This document shows positions 1-9,811 of a stretch of 64,000 nt of DNA, in pieces. How positions within the stretch are numbered: the first letter of the stretch is position 1; every line of letters begins with the position of its first letter. The notes below the pieces were generated by a model. It ran no database searches and was not told where the DNA came from. It saw only the letters and a program-made list of their open reading frames with translations. The translations under genes were made by a program, and so were the position numbers. This stretch comes from Cellvibrio sp. (GTDB taxonomy: Bacteria > Pseudomonadota > Gammaproteobacteria > Pseudomonadales > Cellvibrionaceae), in contig DATJLH010000228.1 in NCBI GenBank assembly GCA_035490615.1, positions 1,025 to 65,024 on the forward strand, read 5' to 3'.

Positions 1-2
1 TG

Positions 3-719
3 GTTCACCGCAGCGCTATTGATCGACACGAAACCCGGTTTGCGTTGCAGATGTTGCGCGACCAAATTGGCCAGCATGTGTATCCGGTGCATCGCCTGGA
101 TAAACCGACATCCGGTGTATTGTTATTTGCCTTGTCCAGTGAATGCGCACAACAATTCGGGGCCTTGATGATCAATAATCAGGTGCAGAAAAATTATGTC
201 GCTATTGTGCGCGGTTTTGCACCTGCTGAAGGAACCATTGACCATCCGTTAACTGAAGAACAAGATACTTATACAGATCAAAAAGCCCGCAAAGATAAAC
301 CGGCGCAGGATGCCCTCACCCGTTTCCAGCGGCTGGCTTGCATTGAACTGCCAGTGCAGGTCGATAAATATCCGCAGAGTCGTTATTCCTTAGTCGCCTG
401 CCAACCTGTTACCGGGCGGAAACATCAGATACGCCGTCACTTGAAACACATTAACCATCCGATTATTGGCGACGCCAAACACGGCAAGGGCAATCACAAC
501 CGTTTTTTCCAAACGCATTTTCACGCGCATCGCTTATTATTAGCGGCAACTGACACCCGTTTGCCGCACCCCGTTACGGGCCATCCGCTTCATATTACGG
601 CCCCCCTGGATAACACGTTTATGGAATTATTGAATCGCTTTGGCTGGCACACAGCGGTGCCCGCGAGCTGGCTACCCACAAATTGGCAGCCCACAAGTTG
701 GAAGGGAGAGCAGCCATGA
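3..719 (+). CDS. truC: tRNA pseudouridine(65) synthase TruC (RluA family), 5'-truncated by window edge
   Basis: Frame open from base 3 (VHRSAIDRHETRFALQMLRDQIGQHVYPVHRLDKPTSGVLLFA); HRLD catalytic motif, TGRKHQIRRH, IIGDAKHG. Confidence 0.88.
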   Translation, partial: VHRSAIDRHETRFALQMLRDQIGQHVYPVHRLDKPTSGVLLFALSSECAQQFGALMINNQVQKNYVAIVRGFAPAEGTIDHPLTEEQDTYTDQKARKDKPAQDALTRFQRLACIELPVQVDKYPQSRYSLVACQPVTGRKHQIRRHLKHINHPIIGDAKHGKGNHNRFFQTHFHAHRLLLAATDTRLPHPVTGHPLHITAPLDNTFMELLNRFGWHTAVPASWLPTNWQPTSWKGEQP

Positions 720-1405
720 GACTGGATAAATTTATCGGCCATGCCACGGATCTGACACGCTCGCAAATTCATCAATTGATTCGCCAGGGCGCGGTAGCGA
801 TCAACCATGAAACCGCACGCAAAGCGGCACAACATATTCATACGGATGATGTGGTGACGGTGAATAGCGAGGTCGTTCAGCCGTTGGGTGTTCGCTACTT
901 CATGCTGAACAAACCGACCGGTTATGTCTGTGCCAATCATGACGGCGAGCATCCGACAGTGCTGGATTTATTGGATGAACCCAATAAATCCAATTTACAA
1001 ATTGTTGGCCGGCTGGATATCGACACGACAGGCCTTGTCTTGCTCACTGATGATGGCCAATGGAATCACCAGGTCACGTCACCCCGACGCGAATGCAGCA
1101 AAATTTATCGGGTTACTACGGCGAATGCCATTGATGCACACACGGCGGATCAATTCAGTAAAGGCTTATTGTTGCACGGCGAAAAAAAGCCGACTCAGCC
1201 TGCAGAACTGCAACTGCTCACCAGCCATTCTGCACTGTTGACGATTCACGAAGGAAAATATCACCAGATCAAACGTATGTTTGCGGCGGTTGGTAACCAG
1301 GTGGTGGCATTGCATCGGGAACGTATCGGAGAAATTTTGCTCGATGCCGACTTACAGCCGGGCGAATACCGCTCATTAACTGCACCGGAAATTGCGAGTG
1401 TTTAA
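716..1405 (+). CDS. rsuA: 16S rRNA pseudouridine(516) synthase RsuA
   Basis: MRLDKFI S4 domain, LNKPTGYVC, GRLDIDTTGL, EGKYHQIKRMF; ATG overlaps truC stop (ATGA). Confidence 0.9.
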   Translation: MRLDKFIGHATDLTRSQIHQLIRQGAVAINHETARKAAQHIHTDDVVTVNSEVVQPLGVRYFMLNKPTGYVCANHDGEHPTVLDLLDEPNKSNLQIVGRLDIDTTGLVLLTDDGQWNHQVTSPRRECSKIYRVTTANAIDAHTADQFSKGLLLHGEKKPTQPAELQLLTSHSALLTIHEGKYHQIKRMFAAVGNQVVALHRERIGEILLDADLQPGEYRSLTAPEIASV

Positions 1406-1408
1406 CCA

Positions 1409-2458
1409 ATGAATGACCTTGCCCTCGCCTGGCTTACGCGAATGATGATGCAGGAAAATGCTGCAAAAGCCTTATGGTGCAGCGACGAAAATGCGCTGAC
1501 GTCGTTACCGGCAGCCGAACATTGGCCCCACAAACCACTCTTGATGACGAACCGCTGGGATGTCGCCCAGCAAGCGGAACGCCTGGGATTTAACAGCCAC
1601 TTCAGCGATTTCGATTTCAGCGAGTTAAGTGATGCCTCGCTCAGCCACGTTTTTTATCGCATCTCCAAGGAAAAACCGGTTACCCATCACATCATTAATC
1701 AGGCCCACCGGCTCCTGATGCCGGGCGGCAAATTATTTTTGTGTGGGCAAAAAAACGAAGGGATAAAAACCTACATCGATAAAGCCGGCAAACTTTTCGG
1801 CTGTACAGCGTCTGCGCAAAAAAATGGCACCGTGTATAGCGCCGTTCTGGACAATATGCTGCCGCAAAATGACCAGCGACTCGATGACAGTGACTATCCG
1901 CAATTACGCCCCATCAATTCGCCCCAAGGCATCACCATCCACAGTAAACCCGGCTTGTTCGGCTGGAATAAGATTGACCAAGGCAGCGAATTTTTAATTC
2001 AGACATTGCCGGCCCTATTAGATCAACTGCCCCAACCGCCTAAACGATTACTGGACCTGGGTTGTGGCTATGGCTACCTGACCCTGATGACCGCCAACCT
2101 TCCGCTGGAACAGCGGGTACTTACGGACAACAATGCGGCGGCGTTGCACACTGCGCGCCGGAACTGCGAACTAAACCAGATCACTGCTGAAATCATCGCC
2201 GCTGATGCGGGCGACCAGATCCAGCAAACCTTCGACCTTATCCTGTGTAATCCGCCCTTCCATCAGGGATTCAGTGTGGACAGTGACCTGACCGACAAAT
2301 TTATCCTCAGCGCCAAGCGCTTGTTGGCAAAGCACGGGATTGCCCTGTTTGTGGTCAATCAGTTTATTCCCCTGGAGCGAAAAGCCCGGGAGCATTTTCG
2401 GCAGGTAAATATCCTCGCCCACAACAGCAGCTTCAAACTGGTTACCCTGACCCATTGA
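1409..2458 (+). CDS. rsmC: Class I SAM methyltransferase, RsmC/MTS family (probable 16S rRNA m2G1207 MTase)
   Basis: LLDLGCGYG motif I, NPPFH motif IV, PGLFGWNKIDQGSEFL; two-domain length typical of RsmC. Confidence 0.7.
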   Translation: MNDLALAWLTRMMMQENAAKALWCSDENALTSLPAAEHWPHKPLLMTNRWDVAQQAERLGFNSHFSDFDFSELSDASLSHVFYRISKEKPVTHHIINQAHRLLMPGGKLFLCGQKNEGIKTYIDKAGKLFGCTASAQKNGTVYSAVLDNMLPQNDQRLDDSDYPQLRPINSPQGITIHSKPGLFGWNKIDQGSEFLIQTLPALLDQLPQPPKRLLDLGCGYGYLTLMTANLPLEQRVLTDNNAAALHTARRNCELNQITAEIIAADAGDQIQQTFDLILCNPPFHQGFSVDSDLTDKFILSAKRLLAKHGIALFVVNQFIPLERKAREHFRQVNILAHNSSFKLVTLTH

Positions 2459-2629
2459 GCCGCGTTTGTGCACAGCCTGGTCATTCCCGAATTGCACATA
2501 ATCTCAGGACACGCATCTCACCCAAGGCCATTTTGCACAGTCTTAAACCAGCTTGGGGAATATTTGAGCGGACAGATTTCAATGCTGCCTTTAACAGCGC
2601 TAGACCCATGATTTTTTTGAAAAAAGGGG

Positions 2630-2658
2630 TTGACCAAGGGGGTCTTCGACTATAGGAT
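2630..2658 (+). promoter_or_regulatory. sigma70-like promoter of tRNA-Asn
   Basis: TTGACC (2630-2635), 17 bp spacer, TAGGAT (2653-2658), then a GC-rich discriminator. Confidence 0.6.
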
Positions 2659-2688
2659 ACGCACCACTTCCGAACAGGAAGCCGTAAA

Positions 2689-2764
2689 TCCGCCTTAGCT
2701 CAGTCGGTAGAGCAAATGACTGTTAATCATTGGGTCGCTGGTTCGAGTCCAGCAGGCGGAGCCA
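2689..2764 (+). tRNA. tRNA-Asn (GTT)
   Basis: 76 nt cloverleaf TCCGCCTTAGCTCAGTCGGTAGAGC...AATGA-CTGTTAA-TCATT...GGTTCGAGTCC...GGCGGAGCCA with encoded CCA. Confidence 0.97.
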
Positions 2765-2775
2765 GATTAAAGATG

Positions 2776-2805
2776 AAAAAGGCCGCATAGATTGCGGCCT
2801 TTTTT
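2776..2805 (+). terminator. Rho-independent terminator after tRNA-Asn
   Basis: AAAAAGGCCGC-atagatt-GCGGCCTTTTTT. Confidence 0.85.
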
Positions 2806-2921
2806 ATGCCTGTTTGGTGGAGTTCCGCGCGGTATTTGTGCAGGAGATACGCTGCCAAAGCAGTTTTCGCGTTCACCACTAACCGCCCTTTCGGGCCCAG
2901 TTGCTATTGGGAGACCAGGTC

Positions 2922-3203
2922 ATGTTTAACGTTAACGAGTACTTCAACGGCGCCGTAAAATCCATCGCCTTTCAAACCGAAACCTTACCGGCAACCGTCG
3001 GTGTGATGGCGAAAGGTGATTATGAGTTCGGCACCAGCCAGAAAGAATACATGACCGTCACCAGCGGCAGCCTGACCGTGACTCTCCCCGGCAGCGAAAC
3101 CGCGCAAACCTTTAAAGCCGGCGAGACGTTTGAGGTTGAAGCGAACCAGCGTTTTAAAGTGACGGCGAATGTGGAATCTGCTTATTTGTGTTTGTACGAA
3201 TAA
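2922..3203 (+). CDS. ppnP: Pyrimidine/purine nucleoside phosphorylase PpnP (YaiE)
   Basis: [17 protein letters not shown]...[23 protein letters not shown], 93 aa. Confidence 0.9.
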   Translation: MFNVNEYFNGAVKSIAFQTETLPATVGVMAKGDYEFGTSQKEYMTVTSGSLTVTLPGSETAQTFKAGETFEVEANQRFKVTANVESAYLCLYE

Positions 3204-3210
3204 GTTGTAT

Positions 3211-4716
3211 TTAGCGCTTCGGACAAAACTCTACCCGTTCGCTCGGCTCATCTAAAAATGATCGCAACGATTGATACACACAATCATCCGTATTGATCAC
3301 TGCATGCCCCGTTTCCGGCACGACGTGTAACTGACTGCCCGGCCATTCGTGATGTAAAGACTGCGCCCACTCTACAGGTGTAATCGGATCGAGCTCACCC
3401 GCCAGGATCAGGGTGGGCACATCCGGTAATGCTGTTGTCGATGTAATGGTCGTCGATGCCGTGGGTAGCAAATGACACGCCTGGTATTGCCACAAATCAG
3501 CGGTGTAGTCGCGCCAACGCGGATAGGCTTCCAGTGCTTGTTGGTAGGCTTCGCGGGATGATATTCCGTGGTCGCGACAATCCACCGCCATAAATACCAG
3601 ACTGTAAAAATCCTCATCCAGTGCACTTTCTACAAAAGGCTCCATCAATGGCAAGAGTGCACGGGCGTCATTGTTGAAAACAGCATGGATTGCCGCAGGA
3701 ATGCGTGGCCATTGATGCTTGCTGTAGAGCGCTGAAAATACCGCTGACATAAACCTGTGATCATTCACCACCAGATCGACCGGAATCTCGCCATCGCGTC
3801 GAGGTACAGTCAATGTCATTGGCGCTGCGCGTAACTGCTTCAAGGCAGCCGCCAAAGCTTGCTCAACAGGCTGATCAGTTGCACAGGTATCTGTGCGGGA
3901 ACACCATTCAAAAAAATTGGTAAACGCGCGATCAAGTACGGCGGGGAAACTGGTAACGCCGCCACGGTTGGCCGGGTAAACCGAATCCAGAATCACGCTG
4001 CGTACCGGATGGTGTTCCTGCGTATCCTTGCGAGCCGATATCCTTGCTGCCTCAATAGCAACACGTGTACCGTAGGAAACACCAATCAAATTCCATTGTT
4101 CGTAAGGCAACAAATCCATCAATGCATTCACATCGCGCGCATGATATTGTGTGCCGTAATGCTCGGGATTAAAGGGTTGTTGTGCATTACGCAGCTGGTC
4201 AAAACAGCGATCCAATACGGCATAGCCTTCTTGCAGTTCTTCCAGCAATAACGTGTTGCGTTTTAATACCGCAAGGCTGAGTTCATCGTAATCCCGACAG
4301 TGGAGTTGCGGTTGACTGCGGCCGGTGCCGCGCGGGTCCATCAAAATTAAATCCCGCCCCAGTGCCATGTTGTCACGCCAACGCAACCAATAGGCAATAC
4401 CGTCTTTGTGCAAACCGGCACTGGCACCCGGGCCACCTTGTAGATAAAACACAGCGTCCGTTTTATTTTCGTAGCCGGTATCTTCGATAATAACCACCGG
4501 CAAGATAAAACCGCCGCTTGATAGTGGCGCATGCAATTCACCGCAACGAATGGTTTCTTGCCAGGGAATCTCAAACCAGCAGTGTGTCGACATGAAGCGG
4601 TATTCATCCGCAGCCGGAAGTGCTTGCCTGGTAGCCGGCGACGAGCCCAAATAAACAATCCAGGCTATTACAGCCAAGGCCAAAACCCCTACTGCAAAAA
4701 TAGATCGGCGCATCAT
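3211..4716 (-). CDS. Membrane-anchored/secreted alpha/beta hydrolase (TAP-like peptidase/esterase)
   Basis: N-terminal hydrophobic helix; QGGPG oxyanion motif, DPRGTGRS, GVSYG nucleophile, GELDPITP, ETGHAV triad motifs. Confidence 0.8.
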   Translation of the reverse strand: MMRRSIFAVGVLALAVIAWIVYLGSSPATRQALPAADEYRFMSTHCWFEIPWQETIRCGELHAPLSSGGFILPVVIIEDTGYENKTDAVFYLQGGPGASAGLHKDGIAYWLRWRDNMALGRDLILMDPRGTGRSQPQLHCRDYDELSLAVLKRNTLLLEELQEGYAVLDRCFDQLRNAQQPFNPEHYGTQYHARDVNALMDLLPYEQWNLIGVSYGTRVAIEAARISARKDTQEHHPVRSVILDSVYPANRGGVTSFPAVLDRAFTNFFEWCSRTDTCATDQPVEQALAAALKQLRAAPMTLTVPRRDGEIPVDLVVNDHRFMSAVFSALYSKHQWPRIPAAIHAVFNNDARALLPLMEPFVESALDEDFYSLVFMAVDCRDHGISSREAYQQALEAYPRWRDYTADLWQYQACHLLPTASTTITSTTALPDVPTLILAGELDPITPVEWAQSLHHEWPGSQLHVVPETGHAVINTDDCVYQSLRSFLDEPSERVEFCPKR

Positions 4717-5393
4717 AGGCTTGGCCAGGCAAGGGTTTCAGGGTGCATAAAATCTTGTAGCGACTCCGCAAAGTGTTCTTGTACAAATACATCGCCATGG
4801 CGCGGCAAGATCTGGTAGCGATAAACATTGCCACCCAATGAAAAACCTAATTGAAACGCATGCAGATAGGTACGGTCCGCTGTGCCATCCTGCCCACCAT
4901 ATAATTCATCACCCCAGATCGGCGCGCCCAGACTTTTTAGTGCCACACGAATCTGATGGGTTTGCCCTGTGCGGGGTTTTATCAGGAATAACCGCGCGCC
5001 GTTACCGAGTGATTTGCTAAAAAATTGCGTAACAGCAGGATTACTCTGGCCCGTTGTTAATTTCCAGGCACTGCGCCGGGTACGCTCCATATCGCCCTTT
5101 ATCAGCCCCTGTTTTTTGGCGGGTTTGCGCCTGCTGATGGCCAGATAATATTTTTCCACTTCTCGCTGGGCAAACGCTTCAACCAGCAGACGATTCGCCG
5201 ACGCCGTTTTGGCCATGACCAAAACACCGGAGGTCACTTTATCCAACCGATGCACAGGATAAAGTTCCTGCATGGCTTGCTGCTGTTTGACCGTCTCAAA
5301 CAAGCCGGGGTGATCACCTTCACGATGAAAACTGACACCGGGATATTTATAAACCACGATAAAATCCACTGTGTCGTCAAGCAAGTCATACAT
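4713..5393 (-). CDS. RluA-family pseudouridine synthase (short gammaproteobacterial subfamily)
   Basis: KYPGVSFH, VHRLDKVTSG, TGQTHQIRVALKSLGAPIWGD. Confidence 0.85.
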   Translation of the reverse strand: MYDLLDDTVDFIVVYKYPGVSFHREGDHPGLFETVKQQQAMQELYPVHRLDKVTSGVLVMAKTASANRLLVEAFAQREVEKYYLAISRRKPAKKQGLIKGDMERTRRSAWKLTTGQSNPAVTQFFSKSLGNGARLFLIKPRTGQTHQIRVALKSLGAPIWGDELYGGQDGTADRTYLHAFQLGFSLGGNVYRYQILPRHGDVFVQEHFAESLQDFMHPETLAWPSL

Positions 5394-5768
5394 AAAAGCA
5401 ATACCGTCAATAACATTGATAAAAATTTTATCGCAGCTTAGCAGCCATATAATCATTCAACCATATGAATGCGCAGGTTTGCGCCCCAATAAACTATCCA
5501 GCCCGTAGTATATGGCAGGCAAAAGTTTATACTTAGTTCAAGTGTCCGCTGTTGGCTGCATGAACGGGACCCATATTTACTTACCCTATGAGCGCCTATG
5601 TCGGCGCCCCGGATGACGTTAGATCTGCTCAATCATGGACGATACGAGGTCAGAACAGATTAACGGATCAACATGACGACCGGCAGCCGCGCGGACACCC
5701 TCTTTCCTTCCTCAAGCCTTGCGTATAATCTCACGCTTTCTTCGATACATTCCGATAAAGCGCCCCGC

Positions 5769-6416
5769 ATGACCATTGATAAAAAAATTCCCCACTCCGC
5801 CAAAACCGATCCTGAAAAATATCGCCGCCAACACCAATTGCGCTTGAGTTATATGCCCTGGTTGTATGCGCGCTTAAAACCGGGCCACCGTGTTTGGGCA
5901 GAGGCATGGCAAGCTGAGTGGCAAGCGTATTTGATGGAGATGGAAACTATCGTCATCGGCAAGAATTGTTTTATTGCACCGGAAGCGCGCCTGTTTGCCG
6001 AGCCCGGACGAACCATCGTCATTGGTGATAACAGCGTTATCGCAGCGGACGCTGTGCTGCATGGTCCCATTACAATAGGCAGCAATGTATCCATTAACCA
6101 CCATGTCACGCTTGACGGCGGCAGTAAGGGTATAGTGATCGGCGATAATACGCGGCTGGCGGCCTATTGCCATCTCTACGCTTTCAACCACGGGATGGCG
6201 CCGGACAGGCCTATCAGTGAGCAGCCAGTCACATCAAAGGGCATTACGTTGGGAAAAGATGTCTGGCTCGGTGCGCATGTGGGCGTTGTCGATGGTGTCA
6301 CTATTGCCGATCACGCGATTGTCGGTATGGCTAGCGTCGTGACGCATCACGTCGATGCCTTTGCTATTGTGGCCGGTAACCCAGCCCGGGTTATCGGCGA
6401 CCGGCGCAATAAATGA
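5769..6416 (+). CDS. Hexapeptide-repeat (LbH) acyltransferase
   Basis: Repeating I-G-x-N/D hexapeptides, GKDVWLGAHVGVVDGVTI, IVAGNPARVI. Confidence 0.85.
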   Translation: MTIDKKIPHSAKTDPEKYRRQHQLRLSYMPWLYARLKPGHRVWAEAWQAEWQAYLMEMETIVIGKNCFIAPEARLFAEPGRTIVIGDNSVIAADAVLHGPITIGSNVSINHHVTLDGGSKGIVIGDNTRLAAYCHLYAFNHGMAPDRPISEQPVTSKGITLGKDVWLGAHVGVVDGVTIADHAIVGMASVVTHHVDAFAIVAGNPARVIGDRRNK

Positions 6417-6564
6417 TAAAAAAGCCCGCAGGAAATATCCGGCGGGCCAATTAACAGAAGATTGTCGAAATCCGCACTCGGGAGAATAAGGATTTCAATC
6501 AGAGTATAGCGGCTAAATGACGTTCGGGTATGCGACGAATTGTCGCAAGTCATACATCAGCGGT

Positions 6565-7326
6565 TTATTTATCCAACCAGCTTTTCAGTTTATCCAGCGT
6601 CTGCTTGTCGTCATCAGAAAGATTTTCCTCCAGATTTTCCTGAAGTTTTTCTTTAGCTTCATTACGCAATTCATTGTTCACTTTTTTTCGTGCCGCATCG
6701 ACCACGGGCGTCAGCAGCACATTGGCCAACTCTTCAGCAGTTAATCCTGTCTGCCGGTCACCGAGGTTGCTCAGTTGAATATCATCCATGCCGAGCTGTC
6801 GCTCACCGAATTCCGTGGACAGTAAATCCAGAGTCATATTGGTGAAACTGACCTTTTCCAGCATAAAACGCACGTCGGGGCGCGCGGTGGTCGGTGCCGG
6901 ATCTTTCGGCGTCTTGCCGCTGTCGGCCGTGATGTTGTCGTAAATCTGCTGCAAGTTGATATCAGCCAGCCCCTTATGCTCGGCAGTCAATGCTGCGCCG
7001 TCAACGGTAAGCTGCTTGATCACAATCACATCATCGGCAATGGAGGCAGGTTCTATCTCCAGCAAAATCTGGCCGAGGTGGATGGCATTTTCTGTCGTGT
7101 AGCCCGCCGGATTTTTCACGCTGATGCCCTGGATCTTGCCGCGCCCATCCGTCAGTTCAATCGTGACCCCATCCACCGTGACCGGTGTTTTAGTGACATC
7201 GGTACCCACGCTTTCTATGGCCATTTCAACCAGCGAATCCAGATTTTTGAGGCCGATAAAGATGGCGATGGCAAGTACGGCGGCCAAGGCAATCACAATA
7301 CCGATGATAATTTTTATGGCTTTCAT
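6565..7326 (-). CDS. AsmA/DUF748-like membrane-anchored protein
   Basis: N-terminal TM helix followed by beta-rich region (VTVDGVTIEL...ISVKNPAGY...VIKQLTVDG). Confidence 0.5.
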   Translation of the reverse strand: MKAIKIIIGIVIALAAVLAIAIFIGLKNLDSLVEMAIESVGTDVTKTPVTVDGVTIELTDGRGKIQGISVKNPAGYTTENAIHLGQILLEIEPASIADDVIVIKQLTVDGAALTAEHKGLADINLQQIYDNITADSGKTPKDPAPTTARPDVRFMLEKVSFTNMTLDLLSTEFGERQLGMDDIQLSNLGDRQTGLTAEELANVLLTPVVDAARKKVNNELRNEAKEKLQENLEENLSDDDKQTLDKLKSWLDK

Positions 7327-7463
7327 AGAGCTGTCCCTTGTGGTGGTTCAGGTGGCATCGTTGTGCAACGATAAAGCGAGGAAAGATAATGCGTCATAGG
7401 CAATAAAAGGCAAAAAGCATATCATAGCCAGCGAAACGATAGTGCCCCGGAGCTTTTCACGCG

Positions 7464-9032
7464 ATGTTTACCGATGCTTTTGCGTTAAAAATACTCAATA
7501 TCCTTGCACTTGGCTTTATCACTCTCATAGGTTTTGTGGTTCTGGCCATCCTGGTGATGTACATCATTGATGTCACCCAGCACACGCACACCTTACGCCG
7601 CAATTACCCTGTGATCGGTCGCTTTCGCTATTTGTTCGAACACCTGGGGGAATTCTTCCGGCAATATTTTTTTGCCATGGACCGCGAAGAAATGCCGTTT
7701 AATCGCGCCGAACGTGCCTGGGTTTATCGTGCGGCTAAAAATGTCGACTTGAATTCAGGCTTTGGCTCAACCCGCGAATTGACACCAACGGGCACGGTTA
7801 TGTTCCTCAACGCGGCCTTTCCGGTACTGGAAAAAGATGCCTCCCTGCCATCACCTGTCACTATCGGCCCTTTCTGCCGAACCCCCTACACCACGAGTTC
7901 GCTGTTTAATATTTCCGGCATGAGTTATGGGGCCATTTCGCGCCCCGCCGTCCTCGCGCTTTCACGCGGTGCGGCTAAAGCCGGATGCTGGCTCAATACC
8001 GGCGAAGGCGGTTTATCACCCTATCATCTGGAGGGCGGTTGCGACCTGGTCTTTCAGATAGGCACGGCCAAGTACGGCGTCCGCGATCTGGAAGGCAACC
8101 TGAGTGATCAGCGTTTGCAGGAATTGGCTGCTATCGAACAGGTTCGCATGTTCGAAATTAAATTGAGCCAGGGAGCCAAGCCCGGCAAAGGCGGCATACT
8201 GCCAGGAGAAAAGGTTTCTGCAGAGATTGCGGCGATTCGCGGGATTCCGGAAGGCCATCCGTCCATTAGCCCCAATGGCCATCCCGATATTCGCTCGGTG
8301 GACGACCTGCTGGACATGATCGGCCATATTCGCGCCGTTACCGGCAAGCCAGTGGGTTTTAAAGCGGTGATCGGTGAAAAGACCTGGCTGATTGATCTGG
8401 TGAAAGCCATCCGCGTGCGCGGCATTGAGCAGGCACCGGATTTTATTACCCTCGACAGCGCGGATGGCGGCAGCGGTGCGGCACCGCAACCGCTAATGGA
8501 CTATGTCGGTCTACCCTTGAAGGAAAGCCTGCCCTGGGTAGCAGACCTGCTATATGAGGCGGGCCTGAAGGAACGCATCAAACTGGTCGTGGCGGGCAAG
8601 CTGATTACGCCCTCAATGGTGGCCTGGGCTCTGGCCACCGGCGCAGATTTTATCAACAGCGCGCGGGGTTTTATGTTTGCCCTGGGTTGCATCCAGGCGA
8701 TGCAGTGCCACAAGAATACCTGCCCTACCGGTATTACGACCCACAACCCCACATTACAGAAGGGTCTGGACCTGACGGATAAGGCCCAGCGCGTAGCCTT
8801 CTACCACAAAAACCTCACCTACGGGGTGGGCCTGATTGCTCACGCTTGCGGGGTAAACGAACCGCGCCAGTTGCGCCGCGATCACGTGCATATCGTCATG
8901 TCTAATGGCATCTCAGCGCCCTTGAGTGAACTCTATCCTGAACCGATAGTCATTCTCGGAGATGACGACGCCAGCCACCCTGTTGATCCCAACCGCTACT
9001 CTTCCGCCATTGAGGTAAGCCCCAATGATTAA
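7464..9032 (+). CDS. FMN-binding glutamate synthase family protein (stand-alone)
   Basis: NISGMSYGAIS, NTGEGG, EIKLSQGAKPGKGG, DGGSGAAP, CIQAMQCHKNTCPTGITT Fe-S motif; N-terminal TM helix. Confidence 0.88.
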   Translation: MFTDAFALKILNILALGFITLIGFVVLAILVMYIIDVTQHTHTLRRNYPVIGRFRYLFEHLGEFFRQYFFAMDREEMPFNRAERAWVYRAAKNVDLNSGFGSTRELTPTGTVMFLNAAFPVLEKDASLPSPVTIGPFCRTPYTTSSLFNISGMSYGAISRPAVLALSRGAAKAGCWLNTGEGGLSPYHLEGGCDLVFQIGTAKYGVRDLEGNLSDQRLQELAAIEQVRMFEIKLSQGAKPGKGGILPGEKVSAEIAAIRGIPEGHPSISPNGHPDIRSVDDLLDMIGHIRAVTGKPVGFKAVIGEKTWLIDLVKAIRVRGIEQAPDFITLDSADGGSGAAPQPLMDYVGLPLKESLPWVADLLYEAGLKERIKLVVAGKLITPSMVAWALATGADFINSARGFMFALGCIQAMQCHKNTCPTGITTHNPTLQKGLDLTDKAQRVAFYHKNLTYGVGLIAHACGVNEPRQLRRDHVHIVMSNGISAPLSELYPEPIVILGDDDASHPVDPNRYSSAIEVSPND

Positions 9033-9573
9033 ACCCCATTATGTGTTCTTCATCCTGTCCCTGCTGATGTGCTCGTCGGTGACGATGGCCAACTCCTTCA
9101 CCGATGCGCAAAACAAGGGGGTAAGTATCGAAAACCTGGGCTGGTCCGACCGCAACTATCTGGAGAAACAGGTGGCCACCATTGATGAAATTGCCCGCAC
9201 AAAATTAGGCACACAGATCCGGCAGAACCTGAGCGATCTCGATCTATTGCAAGCGATTGTGGATCGCGGGTTAATTCCCCGGAACGCTACCCAGGATCTG
9301 CAAGCAATGGGTGCCGTGCTCGGTAATGTCATGATTGCCGATATCCCGGCATTGGAATGGAAGGTCTATGAGGACTCCCTCGGCCGCAGCCGGGCACTTT
9401 GCGTAAAAGGTACCCGGGAGTGCCTGTTTCCCATCACCATGTTGTCTCGTCGCATGGAAAAAGGTTTGAAGCCCGATGTCAGGAAAGTCTACGAAGATGC
9501 CATTGCGTTGATGGCCGACCACCTGCCCCAATACCCCTACGGCGGCGGCACCATGCGCAAATTGCATCAATAA
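9025..9573 (+). CDS. Exported DUF3806-like protein
   Basis: Signal peptide; LQAMGAVLGNVM...LEW...GRSRAL...LFPITMLSRR pattern; overlaps upstream gene by 8 bp. Confidence 0.6.
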   Translation: MIKPHYVFFILSLLMCSSVTMANSFTDAQNKGVSIENLGWSDRNYLEKQVATIDEIARTKLGTQIRQNLSDLDLLQAIVDRGLIPRNATQDLQAMGAVLGNVMIADIPALEWKVYEDSLGRSRALCVKGTRECLFPITMLSRRMEKGLKPDVRKVYEDAIALMADHLPQYPYGGGTMRKLHQ

Positions 9574-9582
9574 CCCAGGTGG

Positions 9583-9611
9583 TTGCCACACCGGAACCAG
9601 CTCCCTATAAT
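9583..9611 (+). promoter_or_regulatory. sigma70 promoter upstream of riboswitch
   Basis: TTGCCA (9583-9588), 17 bp, TATAAT (9606-9611). Confidence 0.75.
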
Positions 9612-9620
9612 GCGCCCACT

Positions 9621-9746
9621 CTCTCAGGGGAGTAATCTGCTGGCAGCGGCCTGAACAGCCCGGATCAGCGCTGTTGTCAACAGACTTGCACTGCGTGCAT
9701 GGCAACAGCGTCCTCGCTCAACGCGCTGGATTGATGAGACCTGAGG
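9621..9746 (+). ncRNA. yybP-ykoY (Mn2+-sensing) riboswitch
   Basis: CTCAGG-GGAGTA...GTCAACAGACTTG...GGC...GATGAGA-CCTGAG; closing helix CTCAGG/CCTGAG; directly precedes a GDT1-family gene. Confidence 0.85.
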
Positions 9747-9811
9747 TATTGCTGCTGACCATGCGGGACAGCGGCAGTGCCTCTGGTTTTAGTATCCCGC
9801 TGGAATTTTTC

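Noticed and set aside
2689-2764. tRNA-Asn as a genomic-island integration site
   Set aside because: No integrase nearby and I found no duplicated tRNA 3' end elsewhere in the window
9674-9811. 46 aa N-terminal extension of the GDT1 transporter
   Set aside because: Overlaps the riboswitch aptamer; the family-like sequence begins at MEAF (9812)
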